Source of the DNA: a virus
Length of the DNA: 64,000 nucleotides
Strand: one strand, 5' to 3'
Virus record (IMG/VR): IMGVR_UViG_3300009001_000006
Span: 32,001 to 96,000 of that record
Under the pieces are notes generated by a model, which saw nothing but the letters and a program-made list of their open reading frames with translations, did no database searches and was not told where the DNA came from. Made by a program: the position numbers and the translations under genes. Positions 9,904-19,942 of the stretch are shown here, piece by piece. Every line of letters starts with the position of its first letter. Positions within the stretch are counted from its first letter, which is position 1.

Positions 9904-10390
9904 AACAAGTAAAGAAGAATTAGAATATTGGGATAAAATCTTAGATGAGTACGAAAATTCTATAGGCTTGCCATCTAATAACAGTAACACAGAAACATCT
10001 GACGAGCTGAATCAATATCTTACAATGAGTAGGGACGTTATAGAAAGATTAACCCCTGAAGATTGTGCTCAAATTTCATACAGATTAGGACAGATGTCTT
10101 TTCATATACAAAGAACATTAAATAGAGAAATAGCTCGACACAACTGGGCAGAAGATACCGCTAAGATGGTTATTGCTGAAGAACTAAACAACTATAAGGG
10201 ATATGGGTATATCGAGAAATTCTATCAAGCAGTAAAAAATAACGACAGAGCAAGTAGTCTATATAAGATACAAAAATATGCCAAACAAAGAATGGATAGG
10301 TTGTCGTACTTATCAAATAGTTTAAAAAATTTATCTGATATTTTATTAGCAGTACAAAGAAATAAGGTGAACAATGTCAAACATGCCTGA
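9896..10390 (+). CDS. Hypothetical helical protein (possible recombination mediator)
   Basis: 164-aa helical ORF near recA; function inferred from context only. Confidence 0.55.
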   Translation: MHKTSKEELEYWDKILDEYENSIGLPSNNSNTETSDELNQYLTMSRDVIERLTPEDCAQISYRLGQMSFHIQRTLNREIARHNWAEDTAKMVIAEELNNYKGYGYIEKFYQAVKNNDRASSLYKIQKYAKQRMDRLSYLSNSLKNLSDILLAVQRNKVNNVKHA

Positions 10391-10781
10391 AGATATTTTA
10401 CAAAATCCTGAGCAGCTAAAAAAATTCATTGCTGCTTTATCCAGCCTATTGCCTCCGGAAGAAAATAATGTACCGGAAAAGCCAAAGGCTAAAAAAACTA
10501 GAACGACCAAAAAAACCACCAGAAAGACCACTAATAAAACTCGTACATCAGAAGAAAGACATAATAAATTTTTAGATATGGCCGAGAATAATATGTTCAA
10601 AGAAGATCCAAAGGTTGCCAAAAAACTATATAATCAACCACCAATGAGGCGAAGAAGTAAAAAAGCTAAATTAAGTGTGACATGTAGAATTTGTGGTAAA
10701 AGAGAAGAAATATCTTCATCATTATTATATGGAGATAAAGATCGTTACAAATGTAATAAGTGTTGTAGCAGCGCGGGTTAA
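10374..10781 (+). CDS. Hypothetical protein with C-terminal zinc finger
   Basis: CRICG...CNKC; basic K/T-rich linker. Confidence 0.65.
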   Translation: MSNMPEDILQNPEQLKKFIAALSSLLPPEENNVPEKPKAKKTRTTKKTTRKTTNKTRTSEERHNKFLDMAENNMFKEDPKVAKKLYNQPPMRRRSKKAKLSVTCRICGKREEISSSLLYGDKDRYKCNKCCSSAG

Positions 10782-10798
10782 TATCATTTAGAGATCAT

Positions 10799-12262
10799 AT
10801 GAAAAATACTATACTGGCAGACCCTTCTGCCGAAAGAGCAGTTCTAGCTGGTTTGTGTAAATATGGTGAAAATGCCTATTTAGATATAGCAGATATTCTG
10901 TCTAGCTCTGTTTTTACTATAGACAGTAATCAGGTTATATACAACTGTATTAAACATATATATGAGCAAAATAATACCTCAGAAATAGATCTTGCTTCTA
11001 TATATTCTGCGGCACAAGAATTAGGATGCTCTGAGTTAATTTCATCAAAAGAAGAAACTTTACATATTAAAGCTATCCTTATGTTTCCTGTTGAACAAAG
11101 CAACCTAAGGAAATTTGCTACAAAAATTAAAAAGCTAGAAATTGCCAAAACGATCTCGCAGCAATTAAATATTGCCCAGCAAGATATAGAAAATATTACG
11201 GGTACGGAATCTATTAATGATATATTAAATATTGCAGAAAGCAAGGTTTTGGATCTGGGTCAATTGCTTGGTGATGGTAATAATGATCCAGAATCTATTG
11301 GCAAAAATATCGAAGAATATATTAAAAATCTAGAAGAAAACCCGATATCTCAAGTGGGTCTTTCTACGGGCTTCCCCATCTACGATAAAGCTATTGGTGG
11401 TGGGCTCAGAAAAAGTACCGTAAATGTTATCGCAGCTAGACCAAAAACAGGCAAAACCCTACTCGCAGACAATATGGGTTATTTTTTGGCTAGTAACGGC
11501 ATACCGGTTTTAAATATGGACACTGAGATGACTACTGAGGACCATATCAACAGAATCCTGGCGATGATGACAGAGATAGACATGTCAACCATTGAAACTG
11601 GCGGCTTCAAAAATTCTAGTGACCTAAAAGCTAAAATACACGAAGCTACCCAAAAATTACAAAGCACTAAACTGTATTATAAATCTATTGCTGGTAAGCC
11701 ATTTGAAGAACAAATGTCTATTATGAGAAGGTGGCTAATTAAAGAAGTAGGACTCAATGATGATGGCACAGCAAAAGATTGTGTAATATTTTACGACTAT
11801 CTAAAACTCATGGATAGTCAAGGAATCAGCCAAGATATGAAAGAGTATCAGGTCTTGGGTTTTATGATGACGCAATTACATAATTTTGCCACAAAATATA
11901 AATTACCTATAGTCGCATTTGTTCAATTAAATAGAGATGGTATTACTAAAGAAAGCACAGATACCGCTAGCGGATCAGACAGAATCATTTGGCTTTGTAG
12001 TAATTTCTCCATTTTTAAGCGTAAGTCCGATGAAGAAATTGCAGAAGACGGTCCCACTGGAGGTAATAGAAAATTATTGCCGGTAGTAAGTAGACATGGT
12101 GCTGGCTTAGACGATAACGATTATATCAATTGTCATATGCAAGGCTGGTGTGCAAAAATAACAGAAGGTAAAACAAAATTAGAATTAGCTAATAATCCCA
12201 CAAAAGATTTTGAGATAAATAATGATGGAACTAGCGATCAAGAAGAAATACCGTTCATATAA
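10799..12262 (+). CDS. dnaB: Replicative DNA helicase (DnaB-like)
   Basis: AERAVL, STGF, AARPKTGKT, TEM, FYDYLKLM, QLNR. Confidence 0.93.
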   Translation: MKNTILADPSAERAVLAGLCKYGENAYLDIADILSSSVFTIDSNQVIYNCIKHIYEQNNTSEIDLASIYSAAQELGCSELISSKEETLHIKAILMFPVEQSNLRKFATKIKKLEIAKTISQQLNIAQQDIENITGTESINDILNIAESKVLDLGQLLGDGNNDPESIGKNIEEYIKNLEENPISQVGLSTGFPIYDKAIGGGLRKSTVNVIAARPKTGKTLLADNMGYFLASNGIPVLNMDTEMTTEDHINRILAMMTEIDMSTIETGGFKNSSDLKAKIHEATQKLQSTKLYYKSIAGKPFEEQMSIMRRWLIKEVGLNDDGTAKDCVIFYDYLKLMDSQGISQDMKEYQVLGFMMTQLHNFATKYKLPIVAFVQLNRDGITKESTDTASGSDRIIWLCSNFSIFKRKSDEEIAEDGPTGGNRKLLPVVSRHGAGLDDNDYINCHMQGWCAKITEGKTKLELANNPTKDFEINNDGTSDQEEIPFI

Positions 12263-13388
12263 TCAAACAGAAATCAAGAATATATGCGACGGCTTATGTA
12301 ATAATATAGAAGATTTTTGTAGTGCATTAAATTTAGACTGCGTTCATAATGATAAAATGATCACAATGAGCTGTCCTATTCATGGTGGAGATAATCCATC
12401 AGCACTCAATCTTTATCATGGTGTAGACGGTAGCTATGATTATAGTGTTGGCAATTGGGTTTGTCGCACACATCATTGTGAGAAAATTTTTCAGCCTTCT
12501 ATTATAGGTTTTATGAGAGGGGTTTTGTCAGTTGGCGAAAAACAATGGCAAAAACCAGGGGATGAAATGTATCCTTTCGCCAAAACAATCGAATTAGCTT
12601 TAAAAATTCTTAAGAAAGATGTTAAGGATATTCGCATCCAAAATATCAACAAAGAAAAAAGTAATTTTACTAGACATATACACACAATATCTACTCCAGA
12701 CGTGGTAGTAAACCCAAATATCACCAGAGATGTAGTGCGTAGCACATTAACTATACCATCTGATTATTATGTCGATAGGGGTTTTACCAAAGAAATATTA
12801 GATAAGTATGACGTGGGTTTATGCTCAAATCCAAAGAAAGAAATGTATGACAGGGTGGTTGTACCAATATATGATCAAGATTATAAATATATGGTTGGCT
12901 GCACCGGTAGAAGTATCTATAATAAATGCAACAGTTGCGGCTACTTCCATAATCCACAATCAGAGTGCATAACTGGCAAATGGGCATGGAAGTATTCTAA
13001 ATGGAAACATAATAAAGACTTCAAAGCAAAAGACCATCTTTATAATCTATGGTTCGCCAAAAAACACATAATGCAAAGCGGGGTGGCTATTATAGTTGAA
13101 AGCCCTGGGAATGTCTGGAAATTGGAGCAAGCAGGAATTCATAACTCTATTGCAATTTTTGGCACATCTATGAGCGATAGGCAGAAAATGCTATTAGATT
13201 GTTCTGGAGCCATGTCTGTGATAATAGCATTAGATCCTGATGATGCTGGTGTTGATGGGGCAAAAAAAATACAGGATAAATGCCAAAGAACATATAATAC
13301 AAAAATTATAAGCAATTTGAAAACAGATATAGGCGAAATGACTACCGAAGAAATAGAAACTATTTTAAAGCCACAGATGGAGAATTGA
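12222..13388 (+). CDS. dnaG: DNA primase (DnaG-like, zinc finger + TOPRIM)
   Basis: CPIH zinc finger, RVVVPIYD, IIVES, ALDPDDAG TOPRIM motif; adjacent to helicase. Confidence 0.85.
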   Translation: MMELAIKKKYRSYNQTEIKNICDGLCNNIEDFCSALNLDCVHNDKMITMSCPIHGGDNPSALNLYHGVDGSYDYSVGNWVCRTHHCEKIFQPSIIGFMRGVLSVGEKQWQKPGDEMYPFAKTIELALKILKKDVKDIRIQNINKEKSNFTRHIHTISTPDVVVNPNITRDVVRSTLTIPSDYYVDRGFTKEILDKYDVGLCSNPKKEMYDRVVVPIYDQDYKYMVGCTGRSIYNKCNSCGYFHNPQSECITGKWAWKYSKWKHNKDFKAKDHLYNLWFAKKHIMQSGVAIIVESPGNVWKLEQAGIHNSIAIFGTSMSDRQKMLLDCSGAMSVIIALDPDDAGVDGAKKIQDKCQRTYNTKIISNLKTDIGEMTTEEIETILKPQMEN

Positions 13389-13389
13389 T

Positions 13390-13983
13390 ATGAGTATAAT
13401 TATAGCTATGGCTGGCAGAAAACAATCTGGAAAGACAAGTGCTTGTGAATATATTGCTAAAATATTTGCTAAAGAAGCACAATTAAATTCTGCTATATAT
13501 AATTTTGCAGATCCATTAAAGCAGATGTGTATTAGTATCTTTGGCTTAACATATGAGCAATGTTATGGTTCAGATGACCAAAAAAATGAATCTGTTAATT
13601 GTAAATGGCCAGATAGTGGTAAGGTTATGTCTGCTAGAGAAGTTATGCAATATGTTGGTACTAACGTTTTTAGAAAAATGCAGCATAATGTTTGGGCAGA
13701 TGCTACCATTAGAAAAATACAAGATGAAAAATTACCATTAGCTTTAATTGCTGATTGTCGCTTTCCTAATGAAGTACACGCCATAAAAAATGCTGGAGGA
13801 TTAGTCATTAAACTCAACAGAAATCTGTATAACTCCTCGCATGAAAGCGAAATAGCATTAGATGAAGATCAATATGACCCATCCAACTTTGATTTGGTTA
13901 TAGACAATAGAAACCTAGAAATTACAGAAACCCACCAATTAATTAAAAACTACCTACAAGTAAAGAGGGTACTACCATTATAA
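13390..13983 (+). CDS. Deoxynucleoside monophosphate kinase
   Basis: GRKQSGKT, FADPLK, REVMQYVGT, DCRFPNE, HESE. Confidence 0.88.
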   Translation: MSIIIAMAGRKQSGKTSACEYIAKIFAKEAQLNSAIYNFADPLKQMCISIFGLTYEQCYGSDDQKNESVNCKWPDSGKVMSAREVMQYVGTNVFRKMQHNVWADATIRKIQDEKLPLALIADCRFPNEVHAIKNAGGLVIKLNRNLYNSSHESEIALDEDQYDPSNFDLVIDNRNLEITETHQLIKNYLQVKRVLPL

Positions 13984-15041
13984 TTACATATTTTAGAAGC
14001 TCCTCTTACGGCACACATAATATGTGCGAACAACAATATTTTATTGAATACGTGTTAGGTAGAAGAGGGCTATCTAATAAAAAAGCAGATAAGGGCACAA
14101 TTGTACATAAGGTTTTAGAAATTTTAGCCCTTATGAAAAAAGGTGTTCAGGATAAAGAAATTATTATAGTGGATGATATTATTGGCGATATTAATTTGGA
14201 AAAATGTGATATGTTTGATAATACATACGTTCTCTATTTGTGTAATGCTGTATACGATTACTATACTTCACAATTTACCCATCATCAATGGTTTGATAAA
14301 GATAGAAAAGATTGTATAGAATGGGTTAGAAAAACCTTAACATCCAATAACCGTCTTTTTGATCCAAGACTAAGAAATATTTTTAGAGCTGAACAGCATT
14401 TTGATATTTCTATAGACAAAGAGTGGGCTAAATATAAATACGACACACCAAATGGCCCGCTAGAAGGTGTTCTGTCTATCAAGGGTACTGTAGACTTGAT
14501 CACACAAGTATCGGACGACACTTTGGAAATTATTGACTGGAAAACAGGTAAAAGATTGAATTGGGCAACTGGTGAAGAAAAAACTCAAGAAAAATTAGAA
14601 CAAGATCCTCAATTAAGAATTTACCATTATGCTATACACAGGCTTTTCCCTCAATTTAAACATATTATTATGACCATTAATTTTATGAATGATGGTGGTC
14701 CGTTTTCCATTTGTTTTGATAATGAAGATAATGCTATAACAGCAGAATATATGATTAGAGAAAAGTTTGAACGCATAAAAAAGAATAAACGGCCCCATCT
14801 AAAGAAAACCTGGAAGTGTACCAAATTATGCCATTTTGGAAAAAACAGCTTCTTGGAGGACGAGCACGTTGCTCCTATGATAGAGTATAGAGATGGTCAC
14901 ACAACACCCAAAGACCAACTTATGACTCAGTGTGAACAAATTAAACACGACAACGACATTAATGGTATGGATTATGTTGTTGACAATTATACATTACCAG
15001 GACATTCAGTAGATAAATATAAAGCTCCAGGAGAAGTTTAA
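13977..15041 (+). CDS. PD-(D/E)XK exonuclease (Cas4/RecB/AddB-like); start probably ATT 13977, first ATG 14022
   Basis: GTIVHKVLE, E, GTVDL, IIDWKTG, QLRIY; one N-terminal plus three C-terminal Cys; open in-frame extension IIITYFRSSSY. Confidence 0.8.
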   Translation: MIITYFRSSSYGTHNMCEQQYFIEYVLGRRGLSNKKADKGTIVHKVLEILALMKKGVQDKEIIIVDDIIGDINLEKCDMFDNTYVLYLCNAVYDYYTSQFTHHQWFDKDRKDCIEWVRKTLTSNNRLFDPRLRNIFRAEQHFDISIDKEWAKYKYDTPNGPLEGVLSIKGTVDLITQVSDDTLEIIDWKTGKRLNWATGEEKTQEKLEQDPQLRIYHYAIHRLFPQFKHIIMTINFMNDGGPFSICFDNEDNAITAEYMIREKFERIKKNKRPHLKKTWKCTKLCHFGKNSFLEDEHVAPMIEYRDGHTTPKDQLMTQCEQIKHDNDINGMDYVVDNYTLPGHSVDKYKAPGEV

Positions 15042-15044
15042 TTA

Positions 15045-16919
15045 ATGTACACCCCATTACATGTACACACGCATTATAGCTTATTGGACGGCATCTCAAA
15101 ACCTGATCAGATAGCAAAAAGATGCAAAAAGCTTGGCATTAAATCTTGCGCCATTACCGACCATGGCACAATATCTGGTAATATAGATTTCTATAAAACC
15201 ATGAAGAAAAACGACATTAAACCCATATTGGGTTGTGAGCTATATATCAGTCCAGATGCATCTGTAAAAAACAAAGACAACAGATCTTTGTCACATTTAG
15301 TTGTATTAGCTAAAAATTATGATGGATGGCAAGACTTAATAAAGATAGTTTCACGATGTAATAGCGAGGATTTCTTTTATTATAAACCTAGAATAGATCT
15401 CAAAAATATTAAAGACAATATTGCTACTAAAAATCTTATCTGCATTTCTGGTCATCCTGGCTCAACTTTAGCCAATAGTATTTATAGTTTTACTGATCAG
15501 TCATTAGTTGATAGTTGGGAGAATAAAGCAAAAGAACATATTGATATCTTGCAAGAAACTTTTGGTAAAGATAATGTTTTTATTGAAATCCAATTAATGG
15601 ACACAGAAAACAAAGATCAACAAATTATAGGCAAATCATTAAGATCTTACGCACAAAAAAATGGCATTCAAAGGGTTGCTACTATAGACGCTCATTATTG
15701 CGAATCTATCGATGCTGTTGATCAAAGAGTTTTATTGTGTAGTTCACTAAAAACTACCCTGCCCGATGTATCAAATAAAATAATCAATAATCAAGAAGTG
15801 GCGTTATCAACATTTTTTACTTCTGATAAATATTACATTTTATCACCAGAAGAAATGAATCAACTTCATGATGATGAGGAAATTAGTAATACATTGAAAA
15901 TAGATCAAATGTGTGAAAATTATGATATCTTAAAACCACCACAGCTTCCTTCTTTTGATTGCCCAGACAATCAATCTCCTATAGACTATATTAGAGAATT
16001 ATGTAGAGTAGGTTGGAGAGAGAAAATACACAACAAAATACCTAAAGATAAACAAGAAATATATGTAGAAAGAGTTAAAAAAGAATTGGAAGTTTTGGCT
16101 GGAGCTAATCTATCTAGTTATTTTTTGATAGTAAGGGATATAGTAAATTATGTTAAGTCTATAAATTGCTTACCCGGCCCAGGTAGAGGTAGTGCAGCTG
16201 GATGCTTAGTTTCCTATTTAATAGGTATCACAGCAATAGACCCAATACAGTATGATTTAATCTTTGAAAGATTTTATAACACTGGACGTAATACAGAAAC
16301 TCGCATATCCATGCCAGATATCGACGTTGATGTACCTATCGAACACCGAGAAGATATTATCAATTATATTAAGGAAAAATACGGATATGATAAAGTATCA
16401 CAAATGATCACATTTAACACCCTTAAGGGCAGGGGTGCCCTAAAAGAAGTATTAAGAGTTTATGGGAATATTTCTTTTGAAGAAATGAATAAAATCACCA
16501 AAAACATTCCTGATGAAGCTAAAATTGCTGATGAATTACAGGAAATGAAAGATGAAGATGGTGGAGCTTCTATAATTAGATGGTCTTTAGAAAATAATGG
16601 TGATAAATTAAAAGAATGGTGCTATCTAGATGATGATGGTGAACTACAAGGTCCACTCGCTAAAAGATTTGAACAAGCAATACGTCTTGAGGGATCTAAA
16701 TATAATCAGTCAAAACATGCTGCTGGTATCGCCATTGCTAATAATTCATTAAACACAATATGTCCAATGATTTGGGACACCAAGGCTAATCAAAACATAG
16801 CTGGTTTTGAAATGGGTGATTTAGAATCTATAGGTGTGATTAAATTTGATATTTTAGGTATAGCCCTATTAGATAAAATGATGCTCGCAAAAGAACTATT
16901 AAATGTAAAGGCTTTATAA
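15045..16919 (+). CDS. dnaE: DNA polymerase III alpha, N-terminal part (PHP, palm, thumb)
   Basis: HVHTHYSLLDG, AITDHG, GRGSAAG, FERF, PDIDVD, HAAG, KFDILG. Confidence 0.93.
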   Translation: MYTPLHVHTHYSLLDGISKPDQIAKRCKKLGIKSCAITDHGTISGNIDFYKTMKKNDIKPILGCELYISPDASVKNKDNRSLSHLVVLAKNYDGWQDLIKIVSRCNSEDFFYYKPRIDLKNIKDNIATKNLICISGHPGSTLANSIYSFTDQSLVDSWENKAKEHIDILQETFGKDNVFIEIQLMDTENKDQQIIGKSLRSYAQKNGIQRVATIDAHYCESIDAVDQRVLLCSSLKTTLPDVSNKIINNQEVALSTFFTSDKYYILSPEEMNQLHDDEEISNTLKIDQMCENYDILKPPQLPSFDCPDNQSPIDYIRELCRVGWREKIHNKIPKDKQEIYVERVKKELEVLAGANLSSYFLIVRDIVNYVKSINCLPGPGRGSAAGCLVSYLIGITAIDPIQYDLIFERFYNTGRNTETRISMPDIDVDVPIEHREDIINYIKEKYGYDKVSQMITFNTLKGRGALKEVLRVYGNISFEEMNKITKNIPDEAKIADELQEMKDEDGGASIIRWSLENNGDKLKEWCYLDDDGELQGPLAKRFEQAIRLEGSKYNQSKHAAGIAIANNSLNTICPMIWDTKANQNIAGFEMGDLESIGVIKFDILGIALLDKMMLAKELLNVKAL

Positions 16920-16920
16920 T

Positions 16921-17097
16921 ATGAAATTTAAAGACGTTCAGGTTGGTCAGAGATTTATCTATAAGCAATTAGAATATCTAAAAGTAACAGAAATGAAAAA
17001 AAGTTGCTGTAAGATAGAATATAATGCAGTAAAATTACAAGACAATTCTAACATATTATTTGAATATAAAGCAGAAGTGGAGTTAGTTAATGATTAG
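16921..17097 (+). CDS. Small hypothetical protein (58 aa), not in ORF track
   Basis: Hand translation MKFKDVQVGQRFIYKQLEYLKVTEMKKSCCK...EVELVND; fills the gap between dnaE-N and the exonuclease. Confidence 0.65.
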   Translation: MKFKDVQVGQRFIYKQLEYLKVTEMKKSCCKIEYNAVKLQDNSNILFEYKAEVELVND

Positions 17098-17785
17098 AAA
17101 TAAAATTTGTGTATTTGATTTTGAAACAGACGGTAAGGACCCGAGTGTGTGTAGTCCTGTTCAATTATCTGCTGTTATAGTAGATCCTATCAAATTAGAG
17201 ATCGTGAAAGACTCTCAATTTAATACCTTATTAAAGCCAGAAAAATTGGATGATGATGTAGACAATCCTTATACAGACTCTGACATATTAGAATGGCATG
17301 GTAAAGTTAGGTCTATTTCTGCAGAACAGGTTTTGTCTGAATGGAAAGAATATCCCAACCAGAAACAATCATGGTCACAATTTGTATCTTATTTAGATAA
17401 ATATCATTCTAAAGCCAATGGTGGTAAAAAATCACAGTTTACAGCGCCTATAGCTTGTGGATATAATATCCTCAGATTTGATATGGCTATTGTGGATAGG
17501 CTTAGCGTCAAGTATAATAACGTAAACAAAGAAAAGAGCACATGTTTGTTTCATCCTAGAGATAAAATCGATTTGATGCATGTAATGTTTTTATGGATGA
17601 GTTACGTTTCCGAAGTAAGATCACTATCTTTAGATAATATGCGTGATTATTTAGGATTAAGTAAAGACAATGCGCATGATGCAGTTAAAGATGTTGAGGA
17701 TTGTGCTAAAATATTAATAAGATTTCTTAGGCTACATAAAAATTTAAGCAGTAAAATACAATTTAAGGGTGCTTTTAGCTCATGA
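17090..17785 (+). CDS. dnaQ: DEDDh 3'-5' exonuclease (DnaQ/epsilon-like)
   Basis: ExoI VFDFETDG, ExoII YNILRFD, ExoIII AHDAVKD. Confidence 0.85.
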   Translation: MIRNKICVFDFETDGKDPSVCSPVQLSAVIVDPIKLEIVKDSQFNTLLKPEKLDDDVDNPYTDSDILEWHGKVRSISAEQVLSEWKEYPNQKQSWSQFVSYLDKYHSKANGGKKSQFTAPIACGYNILRFDMAIVDRLSVKYNNVNKEKSTCLFHPRDKIDLMHVMFLWMSYVSEVRSLSLDNMRDYLGLSKDNAHDAVKDVEDCAKILIRFLRLHKNLSSKIQFKGAFSS

Positions 17786-19392
17786 AGACTATTACTTTTG
17801 CAGACTGTGCTTGTGAGTTTCCTGTCGATGAAAACGGAAAAATTGATTTAGATATTAGTTTAGAAAATATCTGTCTAAGTTGTAATAAAACTTGGAATTT
17901 GATTTCTGAGGGTAATACAAAGGGTTGCTTTCAGCTGGAATCTAGGCTCGGTCAAATGATGTCCAAAAAATTAAAACCTAATAATATTGAGCAACTTTCT
18001 GCCCTAATTAGTATTATGAGGCCGGGATGTCTAGAGGCTTATCGTGATGGAAAATCGGTTAGCAATCATTATATAGACAAAAAGAATCAAGAAGAAGAAG
18101 TAGATTTCTTTCACGAGTCTTTAGAGCCGATATTAAAAACCACTTATGGAGAAATGGTTTATCAAGAACAGGCTATGCAGATATGTCAGAAAGTAGCTAA
18201 TTTTGACCTTACTGAAGCTGATAGACTCAGAAAAGCAATTGGTAAGAAAAAGCCAGAAGAAATGAAGAAAATCAAAAAACTTTTCATTAAAAAAACAGCC
18301 GAAACCAAAATATTATCAAAAGAAGAAGCTGATCAGGTATTCGGATGGATCGAAAAAAGTCAGAGATATAGTTTTAATAAAAGTCATGCTGTTAGTTATG
18401 CATATAACGCTTATCTATCGGCCTATATTAAAGCTCATTTTCCTAAACATTTTTTTGCATCTTATCTTAAATTTGCTAAAGATAAAATAGACCCGCTCAA
18501 AGAAATACAAGAATTAATTAATAACGCCAACCAAATGGGAATTGATGTGTATAAACCAAGCATATCAAAGCCAAGAGAAGAGTTTTTTATAGACGAAAAT
18601 GATCACCAGATATATTTTGGTCTTACTGATATTAAGGGCGTTGGGGGATCTGTATATCAAAAAATTATAGAGATATTAAATAATATTAATCTTAAAGATA
18701 TTAGTTTTGGAGAATTATATTGTAAATTTTTTCAACATATTAATTCTACAGCCGTTAAAGCCCTGATTTCTGTTGGCGCTATAGACTGTTTGTCTATCTC
18801 AAGAAATAGAATGCTATTCTACTATGATTGTTTAAATAATTTAACAAGTAGAGAGTCGGGTGTTATTGAAAATATTTTTCAAAAAGAAAAAGAGATTGAT
18901 AAAGCTTTAGGTTTATTGGTTGATAATACAGAAAAGAAATTGACTGCGAAAAGAAAGGATGTTATCCTATCAATTATCAACAGTATACATAAGCCACCCT
19001 ACAGTCTACAGGATAGTCCAGAATGGATAGCAAGTAATGAGAGATTTTATTTGGGTATATCTTTGACTTGTCACAAAATAGATGGTTGTGATATTTATTC
19101 TGCTAATGTAGAATGTAAAGATTTACTCAAAAGTGGCTGTCCAAAACAGCCGGTTTTAGGTGCTGAAATTGTAGATATCAATGTTATAAAAACTAAAAGA
19201 GGGCTTAATCCAGGTCAAGAGATGGCTTTTGTTAAAGCAGAGGATTCTACTGGTGCTTGCGATCTGGTTATTTTCCCCGAAGAATTTAATAAATACAAGG
19301 ATTTACTAATGGAAGGAAATACCCTATTATTAAAATTAGATAGATCCAAGAATAAGGATTCTTTTATAGTAAAGAAATGCTGGCAAGTGTAG
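17782..19392 (+). CDS. dnaE: DNA polymerase III alpha, C-terminal part (fingers, HhH, OB)
   Basis: GCFQLES, MRPG, TYGEMVYQEQAM, ADRLRKAIGKK, YSFNKSHA, FGLTDIKGVG, MAFVKAEDSTG. Confidence 0.92.
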   Translation: MKTITFADCACEFPVDENGKIDLDISLENICLSCNKTWNLISEGNTKGCFQLESRLGQMMSKKLKPNNIEQLSALISIMRPGCLEAYRDGKSVSNHYIDKKNQEEEVDFFHESLEPILKTTYGEMVYQEQAMQICQKVANFDLTEADRLRKAIGKKKPEEMKKIKKLFIKKTAETKILSKEEADQVFGWIEKSQRYSFNKSHAVSYAYNAYLSAYIKAHFPKHFFASYLKFAKDKIDPLKEIQELINNANQMGIDVYKPSISKPREEFFIDENDHQIYFGLTDIKGVGGSVYQKIIEILNNINLKDISFGELYCKFFQHINSTAVKALISVGAIDCLSISRNRMLFYYDCLNNLTSRESGVIENIFQKEKEIDKALGLLVDNTEKKLTAKRKDVILSIINSIHKPPYSLQDSPEWIASNERFYLGISLTCHKIDGCDIYSANVECKDLLKSGCPKQPVLGAEIVDINVIKTKRGLNPGQEMAFVKAEDSTGACDLVIFPEEFNKYKDLLMEGNTLLLKLDRSKNKDSFIVKKCWQV

Positions 19393-19394
19393 AC

Positions 19395-19422
19395 TTGACT
19401 GCATCAGACAGAGTGCTATAAT
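19395..19422 (+). promoter_or_regulatory. Sigma70-type promoter (TTGACT-N16-TATAAT with TGn extension) for ssb
   Basis: -35 at 19395-19400, -10 at 19417-19422; SD AGGAG before 19469. Confidence 0.7.
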
Positions 19423-19468
19423 AGGTTAGATTGTTACTTAACTTTTTTGAAATGAAATAGGAGCTATT

Positions 19469-19864
19469 ATGAATTTAGTAATTTTGAGAGGCAACCTTGC
19501 TAGAGACCCAGAACTTCGTTATGTTAATCCTTCTGGGAGAGAAACAGCTGTAATTAATTTTACTGTTGCTGTATCTAGAGAATTCACCAAGAATAATGGT
19601 GAACAAGATAAGGTTACCACATTTGTTAATTGTGAAGCCTGGGATACTGGAGCAGAAGCTATCGGAAATTCCTTCAGGAAGGGAGATCTCGTTATGATCG
19701 AGGGATCATTAAGAAATGACACCTGGGAAAAAGATGGTGTTAAAAGATCCACAATGAAGGTTAGAGTTAATAATTTTGCTCGTATACAGAAGGTGTCGAA
19801 ATCTTCTGGAAAGACGGCAGAGGAAAGTAAGGATAGTAGTGAGGAACCCGCTGTAGCCTTCTAG
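19469..19864 (+). CDS. ssb: Single-stranded DNA-binding protein
   Basis: MNLVILRGNLARDPELRY, FTVAV, CEAW, KGDLVMIEGSL, acidic tail ending in F. Confidence 0.95.
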   Translation: MNLVILRGNLARDPELRYVNPSGRETAVINFTVAVSREFTKNNGEQDKVTTFVNCEAWDTGAEAIGNSFRKGDLVMIEGSLRNDTWEKDGVKRSTMKVRVNNFARIQKVSKSSGKTAEESKDSSEEPAVAF

Positions 19865-19884
19865 TTTTTTGGTTGCTGTGGTGA

Positions 19885-19923
19885 GTGCGGGAGTCTTGTT
19901 GTGGGGGCTCCCGCACATTTTTT
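19885..19923 (+). terminator. Rho-independent terminator after ssb
   Basis: GTGCGGGAGTC / GGCTCCCGCAC stem followed by ATTTTTT. Confidence 0.8.
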
Positions 19924-19942
19924 ATCAGGATAATAACTTCTT

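Noticed and set aside
16850-17900. Split intein or self-splicing intron joining the dnaE halves
   Set aside because: No intein N- or C-terminal motifs, and the interval is fully occupied by coupled ORFs with no room for intron core structure
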